DNA of 64,000 bases, taken from NCBI GenBank assembly GCA_951406725.2, contig OX597827.1, positions 51,522,001 to 51,586,000 of the forward strand, given 5' to 3'. Positions within the stretch are counted from its first letter, which is position 1; the number at the start of each line of letters is the position of its first letter. Positions 63,571-64,000 of this stretch are shown here, piece by piece. Position numbers and translations under genes: made by a program. Under the pieces are notes generated by a model that saw only the letters and a program-made list of their open reading frames with translations, did not search any database and was not told where the DNA came from. This DNA comes from Octopus vulgaris. Lineage: Eukaryota.

Positions 63571-64000
63571 GAATAATCTTAGCTTTGTAGAATGTAAATA
63601 ATTGTTGGGGGATGACCTATAAAAATTTGAAAATTTGTCTCATTCCTTTCAATATAATATAAAATTTCAGTGTTTACTTTCGCACGACAACGGATGGAGT
63701 CCCTGTATTATGCATAACACTATTAAAAAAGCCATACATATATTTCTGAATAATTAGGAAGTAACCATTATAGATACAAAGTAATTATATCTATATAAAA
63801 TTATTAATGATTATTGGCACAACAATATTACCACCACTTGAAATATTTTTGTAATAAAGATACAAATTTTTCTTTTACATATTTGATTTATGATCTTTAA
63901 TGGTGGTGGTGGGGGTGGGCAAATCACAAGACAAAATAATTTGCGAAAAAATAATTCTTTGGATAGTGTATTTTCAGAAAACTCATGTTGTTTAAATTTA

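Overview
AT-rich, intron-rich, repeat-dense eukaryotic DNA. The SINE families, Penelope-like ends and C2H2 gene suggest an octopod cephalopod (inference). Two protein-coding genes are supported. The first is a complete 9-exon EBP2/EBNA1BP2 (pre-60S rRNA processing factor; 10606-26624, +, 307 aa), which I assembled by hand and which the ORF track mostly misses. The second is a C2H2 zinc-finger gene with 7 fingers in one coding exon (55935-57536, +). The rest is layered mobile DNA: a decayed Helitron RepHel with a nested Ty3/gypsy fragment, RTE-type LINE fragments, several tRNA-derived SINE families, Penelope-like elements (RT and GIY-YIG remnants), a hAT MITE with an 8-bp TSD, and LTR elements. 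Three observations stand out. (i) A short, internally deleted CsRn1/Kabuki-like LTR element carries a tandem array of five [LTR-end + tRNA-Trp primer-binding-site] units and has discordant LTRs. (ii) There are many hammerhead-ribozyme-like motifs, one with a ~93-nt stem II. (iii) Two unrelated inverted-repeat elements place an outward-facing hammerhead core on each strand. Repeat boundaries are approximate, and all family assignments come from motif recognition by eye, not database searches.
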